Origin: Patescibacteria group bacterium
Lineage (GTDB): Bacteria; Patescibacteriota; Minisyncoccia; Moranbacterales; DUUL01
Length of the DNA: 64,000 nt
Assembly (NCBI GenBank): GCA_034660175.1
Contig: JAYEIQ010000016.1
Span: 2,373-66,372 of the forward strand
Direction: 5' to 3'
In this document: positions 47,722 through 56,531 of the stretch, in pieces
Numbering within the stretch: position 1 is the first letter of the stretch
Layout: each line of letters opens with the position of its first letter
Notes under the pieces: generated by a model
Told to the model about the DNA's origin: nothing
Databases searched by the model: none
What the model saw: only the letters and a program-made list of their open reading frames with translations
Translations under genes and position numbers: made by a program

Positions 47722-47979
47722 TTACTTTTTCAATTTCTTTGTTAGTCTTGATTTGCTGCGAGCAGCAGTGTTCTTTTTGATGACACCTTTTTTGACAGCC
47801 TTGTCGAGTGCTTTTTGTGCAACAATAAATTCTTTTTTTGCATCATCAATTTTATCTTCTTTGACAAGTTGCAAAACTTTTTTGATGGCATTTCGAAAAG
47901 CTCTTTTATCGGCGTTGTTTCTGCTGGTGTTTGTAGCAGTTTTACGCATATATTTTTTTGCAGATTTCGTATTCGGCAT
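47722..47979 (-). CDS. rpsT: 30S ribosomal protein S20.
   Basis: The sequence MPNTKSAKKYMRKTATNTSRN...ARSKSRLTKKLKK is typical of S20. Confidence 0.85.
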   Translation of the reverse strand: MPNTKSAKKYMRKTATNTSRNNADKRAFRNAIKKVLQLVKEDKIDDAKKEFIVAQKALDKAVKKGVIKKNTAARSKSRLTKKLKK

Positions 47980-48110
47980 CGGAAATTTAAATTAAATTTT
48001 AGGTTGTTAGTGAAAATAACACTATACGATAATTTAGCATGAACTGGTGATTTTGTAAAGGAAATGATAGACTATTAATCAGTAATCGGTAATTTGTAAT
48101 GAGCAGTAAA

Positions 48111-48680
48111 ATGATTGGAAAACTGAAAGGAAAAGTTGAGCACATCAATGATGGGCATGCCATCATTGATGTTGGTGGTGTTGGTTATTTAGTTCAAATG
48201 ACAGACGTCAATTTGGGTAAAATATCATTGGAGAATGAGGCCGAGCTTTTTATTCATATGCACGTTCGAGAAGATCAACTTGCTCTTTTTGGTTTTCAAA
48301 CAAAAGAAGAGATGACTGTTTTTGAGTTGTTGCTTTCGATCAGCGGGATTGGTCCAAAAGCGGCATTGGGAATTTTAACGATTGCCTCTCCCGCGACAAT
48401 CAAAACAGCAATAATTGAAGGAGATGCCTCAATTCTCACCAAAATTTCTGGTGTGGGCAAGAAAACTGCGGAAAGGGTTATCTTAGAGCTGAAAAATAAA
48501 GTTGAAATGTTGCCTTTGGGGGAGCAAGAAGAGGCGCGAGGAGACCAAGAAGTTGTTGAGGCTCTGATGGCAATGGGGTATAGCGCTACTGAGGCTCGAG
48601 AGGCGAATCAGTCTGTTCCAAAAGACATTGAGGATATTTCTGAAAAAATGAAACTTGCACTTAAGGCAATGAAGAAATAA
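48111..48680 (+). CDS. ruvA: Holliday junction DNA helicase RuvA.
   Basis: The sequence MIGKLKGKVEHI...DVGGVGYLV...ELLLSISGIGPKAALGIL has the HhH motifs. Confidence 0.85.
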   Translation: MIGKLKGKVEHINDGHAIIDVGGVGYLVQMTDVNLGKISLENEAELFIHMHVREDQLALFGFQTKEEMTVFELLLSISGIGPKAALGILTIASPATIKTAIIEGDASILTKISGVGKKTAERVILELKNKVEMLPLGEQEEARGDQEVVEALMAMGYSATEAREANQSVPKDIEDISEKMKLALKAMKK

Positions 48681-48695
48681 GTTGATTTATGCTAC

Positions 48696-49679
48696 ATGAA
48701 TAAAAATATGCATATTGTTGATGGGGGATTCTTGCAGTCGAATTACTGGAAAAATTTTCAAGAATCTCTAGGCAGAAAGACACAAGTAATTGAAGAAGAG
48801 GGCTTTAGTGCCCTCATGATCTTTCATGAACTCCCGGTTGTTGGAGGGTATTATTTTGTGCCCAGAGGACCATCCTTGGTGAAGGTTTCGGAGAACAAGT
48901 CTTCCAAAGGGCTTGAAGAAATGATTGACATTGTCAAAGAAAATAATCTTGGTTGGGTTAGAGTTGAGCCGCAGACGCAGGGTGACTTGAATTGGATCGA
49001 AAATGAACTTGGTGGAAAATATAATATAGTCAAATCTAAGAAAAATCACGAACCAGCAGAAACACTCATGATTGACTTGATTAAAGATGAAGACGAGATT
49101 TTAGCGAATATGAAATCAAAGATCAGGTATAATATACGTTTGGCAACAAAGAAGGGGGTTGAAGTGTTTGATGCTCGTGATGGAAGGCATATTGAGAAAT
49201 TTGTTGAATTGACAAAGGAAACAGCTAAACGTGATGGAATAGTTTCTCACCCAAACCAATATTATGAAAAGATGGTTGAATCAATTCCTAATAATGTGCT
49301 GAGATTATATTTCGCAAAATTTGATGAGAAGATTATTTCTGCTGTGATGGTCAGTTATTATGGGAAAGTGGCAACATATTTGCATGGAGCTTCGTCGAAC
49401 GAGCATCGAAACATGATGGCACCGTTTGCACTTCAGTGGAGGGCGATGAAAGATGCCAAAAAAGAAGGATGCACAAAATATGATCTTGGAGGAACGAAAA
49501 TATTAAAGACTGGAGACGGCAGTTGGGGGGGGATCACGCGATTCAAGAGAGGTTTTTGTCCGAAAAATAAACCTGTTGAATTTCCTGGTTCTTGGGATGT
49601 CATTGTGGACACAAAAAAATACAAACTATATCTCTTCTTGCAAGGCGTGAGTGACTTGAAAAGGAAAATTGTAAAATAA
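48696..49679 (+). CDS. FemAB-family peptidoglycan interpeptide-bridge aminoacyltransferase (FemX-like).
   Basis: The 327-aa product has the PF02388-type organisation, including FVPRGP, KIRYNIRLATKKG and YLHGASSNEHRNMMAPFALQW. Confidence 0.7.
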   Translation: MNKNMHIVDGGFLQSNYWKNFQESLGRKTQVIEEEGFSALMIFHELPVVGGYYFVPRGPSLVKVSENKSSKGLEEMIDIVKENNLGWVRVEPQTQGDLNWIENELGGKYNIVKSKKNHEPAETLMIDLIKDEDEILANMKSKIRYNIRLATKKGVEVFDARDGRHIEKFVELTKETAKRDGIVSHPNQYYEKMVESIPNNVLRLYFAKFDEKIISAVMVSYYGKVATYLHGASSNEHRNMMAPFALQWRAMKDAKKEGCTKYDLGGTKILKTGDGSWGGITRFKRGFCPKNKPVEFPGSWDVIVDTKKYKLYLFLQGVSDLKRKIVK

Positions 49680-49706
49680 AAATCCCGAGTGATCGGGATT
49701 TTTTAA
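49677..49706. terminator. Bidirectional terminator AATCCCGA gtga TCGGGATT flanked by A- and T-runs.
   Basis: It sits 1 nt after the FemAB stop and belongs to the same sequence family as the terminator at 47633. Confidence 0.65.
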
Positions 49707-50160
49707 TCAAAGATGAGAAATTATATGTTGGGAGTCATAGTGATTTGGAACATTGCAAGATTCATCATCCCCCCCAAAAAAAAGAGTAATCTGGAAATTG
49801 CAGAAAGAATTAAAATATTATAGATGGTAATTGATTTATTAAAAATTTTGTTTATCAAACCAAATAATGTGCTAGCAAAAGTGAGAATGAAGAAAGAGGA
49901 AAAGGCTGTGTAGTAGACAAAAAATATCCTGCAAAGGAAAAATGTCCCGAAAGCTGATTGTGAGAATGCTTGAAACACAAAAAAGGGAGAAGTAATAGTC
50001 AGAGGTGAGGTAATCATTAAAGCCAAAAGACTAAGAAAAGAGAGGCCGAATCATATAGGTGTCTTTTTTGTTTTCTGAATAAAATTCATATGGTTTTGAT
50101 TATTTTTCCTGAATAAACTATAGTTATTATAACAAACATTATTATTTTAGGCACAAAGAG

Positions 50161-51471
50161 ATGACAATCGAAGATATTAAAAACAAGATTCCCCAGTCAG
50201 TGAAAAACGGATATCATTTGGTCAATGCAATGTTGGCAAATTTTTGGTTTGGTTTTCCTTCTAGGAAATTGAAAGTTATAGGTGTGACAGGGACAAATGG
50301 GAAAACAACAACTGTTCAGATGATTGGGAGAATTCTTGAGGAAGCTGGTTATAAAGTCGCTATTAGTTCAACGATTAATTTCAAACTTGGGAAAAAACAA
50401 TGGGCCAATAAAACGAAATTAACAACGCTCAGTGCGTGGAGTGTGCAAAATTTCATCAGCGATGCAGTGAATGCAGGTTGTGAGTATCTTGTGCTTGAAG
50501 TTTCTTCTCATTCTTTGGATCAAAACAGGGTCAGAGACATTGAGTTTGATGTTGCAGTGATTACAAATGTGACTCGTGAACATTTGGATTATCATGAAAC
50601 AATGGAGAAATATCGAGCAGCAAAGATGAAACTTTTTAGGATGTTTAAAGATGGTAGTGGTGTTGCAATTGTAAATTTAGGAATGGAGAAGCCCCATGAA
50701 TTTTTACAGATAGCAAAAAAGGCAGAAAAAAATGTATATTCATTAGAAGAGATAAAAGAGAATGATAACAAAGATCTTAAAGCCGTTTATGCCGAAGGTA
50801 TTCTTTTGGGCCAGAAGAAAAGTAGCTTTTCGGTTAGAGGAACATATTTCACAATAGGACTTGTTGGTGAATTCAATGTTGAAAATGCTCTGGCTGCAAT
50901 TTCTGTTGGATTATCTCAAGGGATAGATCTTGAGATAATGGCACTGGGTTTAGGGAAAATGAAAAAAGTTCCAGGAAGAATGGACTATGTTGAGAATGAA
51001 AGAGGAATTGATATTGTCATTGACTATGCTCTTACTCCAGATTCAATGGAGAAGTTGGGACAAGTTTTTGAAAAGCAAAAAGCAAACTCAGAAGGTGGTA
51101 AGTTGATTTGGGTCTTTGGCAGTTGCGGACAGCGTGATCGAGGGAAAAGACCGATCATGGGCAAAATTGTTGCCAAATTTGCTGATATTGCAATTGTGAC
51201 AAATGAAGATCCTTACAATGAGGATCCTCAGCGCATAATTGACGAAGTTTTTGTTGGTGTCTTGGATGGAGGTGCGGTAGAGAATGAGAATGCTTTTAGG
51301 ATTTTCAATCGGAAAGAAGCAATAAAAAAAGCGCTTGAAAGCGCACAGATTGGGGATGTTGTTTTGGTCACAGGCAAAGGGGCTGAAGAGACAATGGCAG
51401 TTGGACAACAAAGACTACCATGGAGCGATAGAGAGGTGATTAAAAATCTTTTATCGGTGCCGAAGAAATAG
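50161..51471 (+). CDS. murE: UDP-N-acetylmuramoyl-L-alanyl-D-glutamate--2,6-diaminopimelate (or L-lysine) ligase.
   Basis: The motif VIGVTGTNGKTTT and a Mur ligase core are present, along with a C-terminal DYAHTPDS-like (DYALTPDS) motif. Confidence 0.8.
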   Translation: MTIEDIKNKIPQSVKNGYHLVNAMLANFWFGFPSRKLKVIGVTGTNGKTTTVQMIGRILEEAGYKVAISSTINFKLGKKQWANKTKLTTLSAWSVQNFISDAVNAGCEYLVLEVSSHSLDQNRVRDIEFDVAVITNVTREHLDYHETMEKYRAAKMKLFRMFKDGSGVAIVNLGMEKPHEFLQIAKKAEKNVYSLEEIKENDNKDLKAVYAEGILLGQKKSSFSVRGTYFTIGLVGEFNVENALAAISVGLSQGIDLEIMALGLGKMKKVPGRMDYVENERGIDIVIDYALTPDSMEKLGQVFEKQKANSEGGKLIWVFGSCGQRDRGKRPIMGKIVAKFADIAIVTNEDPYNEDPQRIIDEVFVGVLDGGAVENENAFRIFNRKEAIKKALESAQIGDVVLVTGKGAEETMAVGQQRLPWSDREVIKNLLSVPKK

Positions 51472-51476
51472 AAGAA

Positions 51477-51923
51477 TCAAAATACCCAAAAAGTTTTTAA
51501 CAAATAGATAAAAAGCATTGTTTGAGCAGCTCCATAGGTGATACCTACAATAACTTCGCTTAAGCGATGACCCATGCGTTCTTTGAGGCGAGGGTATTTC
51601 TTTTTGTTTAGATTGAGGGTTTCTATTAACATGTTCAAATATCTTCCTTGATCTCCAAGGTGCATTCTGACTCGAAGGGCATCATCTAAAATGATCAGGG
51701 CGAACACAACAGAAAAAGAAAAAATTGCAGTGTGTATGCCTTCTGTATAGCCAACAATGATTACAAGAGAAGTTACCAATGCGCTGTGCATTGATGGCAT
51801 GTGACCGTGTGTTAGAAAATAGCTCCAATTCAATCCATGACGGATTGTGTAGATGATAACTTTTGTTATCTGAGTGATGATTCCTACAAAGAGTGGAATC
51901 AGGACAATTGCTACGTTTTGCAT
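51477..51923 (-). CDS. Divergent PAP2-family membrane protein (DUF212-type acid phosphatase-related).
   Basis: The motifs GHMPSMHSALV and four transmembrane helices are present. Confidence 0.6.
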   Translation of the reverse strand: MQNVAIVLIPLFVGIITQITKVIIYTIRHGLNWSYFLTHGHMPSMHSALVTSLVIIVGYTEGIHTAIFSFSVVFALIILDDALRVRMHLGDQGRYLNMLIETLNLNKKKYPRLKERMGHRLSEVIVGITYGAAQTMLFIYLLKTFWVF

Positions 51924-52180
51924 TTTATTGTTTTGTGGATAAAGTTTTCACTACAGAACACGTTTATCCTATATTTATTGCTTTTATAATTATAAAACAT
52001 TTTTATTTTTACTTCAACTTGAGTGTTGTTGTTATTAGTGCTAAAATACGGTACTGTAGAACTGAAAGATGTCTAAATTTTGGTTTGAAAACATTCGAAA
52101 ACGATAAAATGAATACATTGAAGTATTTGCGCTGTGTGTTTTGTAAAAATTTTAATATAAATTAAATAAAGAAACTGAAC

Positions 52181-54862
52181 ATGAAGGTTCCATTTAAAAG
52201 AGCTCAGAGCGGAAAACAGAACGTTTCTCGACCTGCTCAACCTGGAGGGGGATTGCAATATGCGATGGGAATGAAACAACCTGCTTCATCTCAAAGAGCA
52301 GGGGTTCAAAGCCCGCAACAAAAAATACAAACTGGAGGAGAAGACACTTTAACAAGTAAGATTATTGACACTATTGTTCGTGTGTCGATCTATATCACTG
52401 TCTTTTTACTCCCATTGTTCTTTTTGACCAATGTTCCAAGCGTCTTGGAGCTCAACAAACAAGTTTTGTTGGTAGTTGTGACTGGTTTTGGGTTTTTAGC
52501 TTGGGTTGGAAAAATGGCATGGAAGAATGAGATTCGTTTCAAGAAAAATTTTATCCTTGTTCCTATTGTGACTTTTGTTGCTATTATGGGACTGAGCACT
52601 GTTTTCTCGACCTATTTCGAACAAAGCATGTGGGGATTCTTTGGTGGTGAAGGAAGGTCATTTATCACGTTGCTTTTCATGGTGGCTTTGTTTTTGTTGA
52701 TTTTCAATACAGTAAAAAACAGAGGAGAAGCGGTCAAGATGGTTTTGGTGTTCTTGATTGGTGGATTTCTTTTGGGGCTCTATGGTTTGCTTCAAATTTG
52801 GGAAGTATATCTTTTGCCGTCCGAAGTTGCCGAAAATCCATTTTTCAACACAATTGGCTCAGTTTATATCTTTAATGCATATGTTGCAGCGCTTTTCTTG
52901 CTCACATTGGCACTGTTCTTATCTGATGTATCAAAGGTGTTGAAGATTGTCTTGATTGCACTGTCATTCTTTTTCTTTTTCATCATGATGGTGATCAACT
53001 TCAAAATTGTTTGGATTGCAACAATCATTTGTATTGCACTTCTTTTTGGTGTGACGATTATGAAGGGTGGAACGACTGGTAGTCAGTCCAGAGTCTTGCC
53101 GATGATATTTCTTGTACTTGCACTTTTGATGATTCTTCGAAAGCAGCCAATAATTCAGAAAGATCTTCCAGTGGAAGTGCTTTTGAACTATAGATCTTCA
53201 ACAAAAATCGCTCTTGATTCTTTTAAGAAACATCCGTTACTTGGAAGTGGTCCAACTACATATTCAACTGTCTATCAGCAGGCGCGACCAGAAAATCTTG
53301 GAGATTTTTGGGCTGTGAACTTCAACAATGGGACTAGTTATTTCTTAACACTTACATCAACTGTTGGATTGTTGGGAGCACTGTCATTTTTGTTCTTGGT
53401 TGGAACAGGCTTGGTATATTTGTTTAAAACCATGGTAAAGGCGGTTTCAACTGAAGTGAAAGGAGATAAGAACTATATCGCAATTGGTATTGGCACAGTT
53501 TGGTTGTTTACAACAATCATACTCTTCGGATATTTAGCAAATATATCTTTGTTGCTTTTGTGGTGGTTCAGCTTTGCTCTTTTCTTGTCATTCACACTTC
53601 TTGACCCAACAGTGAAAACAAAAGAGTTTGTCACAACCTCTGCAACTCCACGGTCATCGCTGGTGTTCTCATTTGTTTTTGTGCTAGTGATTATTGGATT
53701 TGTTGCGGCAATCTATATGCAAAGCCAGAAATATATTGCTGCTACACATTTCAACAAAGCTCTTGTTGCTGATTCGCAAGGAGCGGAAGTTGAAGATGTT
53801 GCAGAGAGAATTCAAAAGGCTATTCAATTCGATCCTAATAGGGACATCTACTATCGTAATCTTTCAATTGCAATGTTTGCCTTGGCGAATGAACGTATCG
53901 CAGAAAAGACGCAAGACGATTTGACCCCAGAAGATTCAAATTATATCAGTGGTATGATACGTGGAGCTCTTGGAGCTGCTGATCAAGCTAGAACACTTGA
54001 TCCAAACAATCCAGAGAATCACTTGTCAGTTGCTAGAATCTATGAAGGAATGTTGGCGACGATGGAAGGTGCTGAAGAAAGAGTTATTGAAAGCTATGAC
54101 GAAGCAATTGAGCTAGACTCAACGAACCCAGCGTTATATCATAGACTTGCAAGTGTATATGTTGCACTTTCTGACCTGGAAGTTTCTAAAGTTAGGGCAC
54201 AAAACCCAGCTGGAACAAGCGAAGAACTTCCAGAAGAAAGTTTGAAATATCTTGCAATGGCAAAAGACAATCTGGAAAAATCTCTAGAAATAAAGCCAGA
54301 CTTTGCTGCAGCAAATCTGTTGTTGGCTGGTGTCTACGAGAGGGAGGGGAATATGGAGATGGCAATTAAAAAGGAAAAGAACAATAAGACTGTTTTTCCT
54401 GCAGCGCCAGGTATTGCATTCAGGTTGGGGTTGCTTTATTACAAGGATGAGCAATTTGATAATGCGAAACAAGAATTTGAGGCAGCTGTGAGCTTGGACA
54501 AGGATTATGCAAATGCTTTATATTTTCTCGGTCTTGTTCTTGATAAGCAGGGAGACAAAACAGGAGCTCTTAAAAGCTTTGAGAGGGTTTCTGAGCTCAA
54601 CCCAACGAACGATGACGTTAAAGAAATTGTTCAAAATCTTCGAAATGGACAAGACGCTCTTGCTGGAATTGAACAAGTTCGACCAACTGCTTCACCAGTT
54701 CCAGAACAGTCTCCAACACAACCTGCCGAGCAACAGACAAGTATCGATCCTGGTGTGGAAAATCAAGAAATTCCTGAAGAAGCAACTCCTTCAATTGAAG
54801 AGATTGATGGGGAACTTCCACCAGAAGAAGAAGCTCCACCAGGAGAAGGGCCAACGCCATAA
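52181..54862 (+). CDS. Polytopic Wzy_C (O-antigen ligase / O-oligosaccharyltransferase-like) membrane protein fused to C-terminal TPR repeats and a Pro/Glu-rich tail.
   Basis: About 12 transmembrane helices (Wzy_C-like) are followed by TPR-like repeats (AIELDSTNPALYHRLASVY...AVSLDKDYANALYFLGLV) and a PEE-rich C-terminus. Confidence 0.6.
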   Translation: MKVPFKRAQSGKQNVSRPAQPGGGLQYAMGMKQPASSQRAGVQSPQQKIQTGGEDTLTSKIIDTIVRVSIYITVFLLPLFFLTNVPSVLELNKQVLLVVVTGFGFLAWVGKMAWKNEIRFKKNFILVPIVTFVAIMGLSTVFSTYFEQSMWGFFGGEGRSFITLLFMVALFLLIFNTVKNRGEAVKMVLVFLIGGFLLGLYGLLQIWEVYLLPSEVAENPFFNTIGSVYIFNAYVAALFLLTLALFLSDVSKVLKIVLIALSFFFFFIMMVINFKIVWIATIICIALLFGVTIMKGGTTGSQSRVLPMIFLVLALLMILRKQPIIQKDLPVEVLLNYRSSTKIALDSFKKHPLLGSGPTTYSTVYQQARPENLGDFWAVNFNNGTSYFLTLTSTVGLLGALSFLFLVGTGLVYLFKTMVKAVSTEVKGDKNYIAIGIGTVWLFTTIILFGYLANISLLLLWWFSFALFLSFTLLDPTVKTKEFVTTSATPRSSLVFSFVFVLVIIGFVAAIYMQSQKYIAATHFNKALVADSQGAEVEDVAERIQKAIQFDPNRDIYYRNLSIAMFALANERIAEKTQDDLTPEDSNYISGMIRGALGAADQARTLDPNNPENHLSVARIYEGMLATMEGAEERVIESYDEAIELDSTNPALYHRLASVYVALSDLEVSKVRAQNPAGTSEELPEESLKYLAMAKDNLEKSLEIKPDFAAANLLLAGVYEREGNMEMAIKKEKNNKTVFPAAPGIAFRLGLLYYKDEQFDNAKQEFEAAVSLDKDYANALYFLGLVLDKQGDKTGALKSFERVSELNPTNDDVKEIVQNLRNGQDALAGIEQVRPTASPVPEQSPTQPAEQQTSIDPGVENQEIPEEATPSIEEIDGELPPEEEAPPGEGPTP

Positions 54863-54883
54863 TTCAAGCGAGAAGAATTTGAA

Positions 54884-54917
54884 TAAAAAAAGTGTACACC
54901 CAGGTGTACACTTTTTT
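54884..54917. terminator. Bidirectional terminator AGTGTACAC ccag GTGTACACT between A7 and T6 runs.
   Basis: It sits between the convergent Wzy_C/TPR (+) and miaB-like (-) genes. Confidence 0.65.
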
Positions 54918-55116
54918 GTTTTCATGTTGATTCAGATTTTTGCTAAATCAATTCTTGTCGCAGAAAATATTTTAGGAACCGGTTACTTTTTTATTTTTAA
55001 GAGTGTGATAAATTAGTTTGAGATCTTTTGTTGCAGATATTTATTTGTTGCTTTGTCCTTTTCCCTAAAATATTTTTTCGCCGAGAATCGATTAAGCTTG
55101 TTGTGGTTGATATAAA

Positions 55117-56181
55117 TTACAAAAGCTTGCGTAAAATATTTTCTCTTCTTTTTTTCTCATTACAAGGGATTGGATTGCCAAGGCGCTCCGCTGCGGTTCC
55201 TGGGCGTGGGGAGTATTTATTAATGTATGCTTTGCAAAAGCCGACTTCTTTAAAAACGTTTTTTGTTTCTTGAAAGGCTTTCAATGTTTCTCCAGGGAAT
55301 CCAACAATTACATCGGTGGAAATTTCGGCATCAGGAATACGAGTTTTTATTTTATCTATTATTCCCAGATAGTGTTTTTGTGTGTAGTGTCTGTTCATTG
55401 CCTTGAGAATTTTGTTTGATCCAGATTGAATGGGGAGGTGGATCTTTCTTGAGATATTCTTTCTGCTAGCAATCACTTCGATGAGCTCATCAGAAAAATC
55501 TTTTGGATGTGAAGTGAGAAAAGTAAACATAACAGTCGGATAGAGCTCTGCCAAAAGATCGAGAAGTAGAGGGAATGAATAGTTTTTAAATTTGTAACTG
55601 TTCACATTCTGTCCAAGAAGTAAAACTTCACTACATCCTTCTTGGGAGGTTTTTCCTATTTCTTCAATGATGTCATCAATAGGTCTTGACCATTCTTGTC
55701 CTCGTGCATAAGGCACAACACAATAGGAGCAAAAGTTGTTGCATCCGGTCATGACTGGAACAAACACAGAACTTTTCTTTTTATATTGTGGTTTCAGTTT
55801 TAGATAATGAGCTTGTTTTGTTCCTTCTTTGTCTGTAGAAGACTGATCCTTGGTGAAAAGATCTTTGAAAAGATCTTGAATTTTATTTATTGGTAAAAAG
55901 ACATCAACTTTGTCTTTCATCTTTTTCTTAACATCTTTTCTGTGAGCTAGACACCCAGTGATGACAATGAGAACTTGTGGATTATTTTTGCGAAGGTTGT
56001 GAACTTGTCCAAAAGCTCTGTCTTCTGCTGTTTGGCGTACTCCACAAGTGTTCAGAATGACCAAATCTGCAGTTTTAATTGTTTTTGCTTGAGCTAATTT
56101 ATTTTGATGTAGAAAGGTCTGAATTCTTTCGCTGTCTGAAAAGTTCATCTGACAGCCGAATGTTTTGATGAAATATTTCAT
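55117..56181 (-). CDS. MiaB/RimO-family radical-SAM methylthiotransferase; no TRAM domain is evident.
   Basis: An N-terminal MTTase domain (IKTFGCQMNFSDSE) and the radical-SAM motif CNNFCSYCVVP are present. The length is 354 aa. Confidence 0.7.
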   Translation of the reverse strand: MKYFIKTFGCQMNFSDSERIQTFLHQNKLAQAKTIKTADLVILNTCGVRQTAEDRAFGQVHNLRKNNPQVLIVITGCLAHRKDVKKKMKDKVDVFLPINKIQDLFKDLFTKDQSSTDKEGTKQAHYLKLKPQYKKKSSVFVPVMTGCNNFCSYCVVPYARGQEWSRPIDDIIEEIGKTSQEGCSEVLLLGQNVNSYKFKNYSFPLLLDLLAELYPTVMFTFLTSHPKDFSDELIEVIASRKNISRKIHLPIQSGSNKILKAMNRHYTQKHYLGIIDKIKTRIPDAEISTDVIVGFPGETLKAFQETKNVFKEVGFCKAYINKYSPRPGTAAERLGNPIPCNEKKRRENILRKLL

Positions 56182-56478
56182 TGAATATAGGTTATTATTG
56201 ACTGAGGGAGTGAATTGTGTAATAATTGGTTTTGTGTGAAAACAATACAGTTCTTAGGTTAACAGAGAAGGATAAGCTTTACAACATTCAATCATGGAAC
56301 AGAGGGGGGGGTATACTTATGGATAATCCAATTTTAGGAACGTTTATCATTATTTTGGTTTTCACATTATTGAACACATTCTTAGTATGTTGCATCAAAG
56401 AAGTCGCGAAAGTATTTTCTCTGGGTAATTACAAAAAGACAGATGAAAACTTCTAGAAGTGAAGTAAAGTCGACAAAC

Positions 56479-56509
56479 AAGGGAGACCGCTCAACGAGTG
56501 GTCTCCCTT
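56479..56509. terminator. 10-bp hairpin AAGGGAGACC ... GGTCTCCCTT downstream of thrS.
   Basis: It is a perfect 10-bp stem. The minus-strand tail is GTTTGT, which is a weak U-tract. Confidence 0.4.
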
Positions 56510-56531
56510 AAAAAATGTCTCGAGAGAAATT

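Noticed and set aside
47711-48042. Plus-strand ORFs (94 aa and 75 aa) overlapping rpsT.
   Set aside because: They are antisense of the S20 gene, which is clearly recognisable on the minus strand.
49721-50026. A 101-aa hydrophobic minus-strand ORF between the FemAB and murE genes.
   Set aside because: It has no SD and shows the Phe/Leu/Ile bias of AT-rich non-coding DNA. The region is more likely a promoter-bearing intergenic spacer for murE.
56226-56456. A 76-aa ORF, possibly a 44-aa membrane peptide from internal Met (MDNPILGTFIIILVFTLLNTFLVCCIKEVAK...) preceded by agaggggggg.
   Set aside because: It could be a real small membrane protein, but it lies in the thrS-miaB spacer with a G-run rather than a proper SD, and no family is recognised. 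It is left unannotated and is worth a look in expression data.
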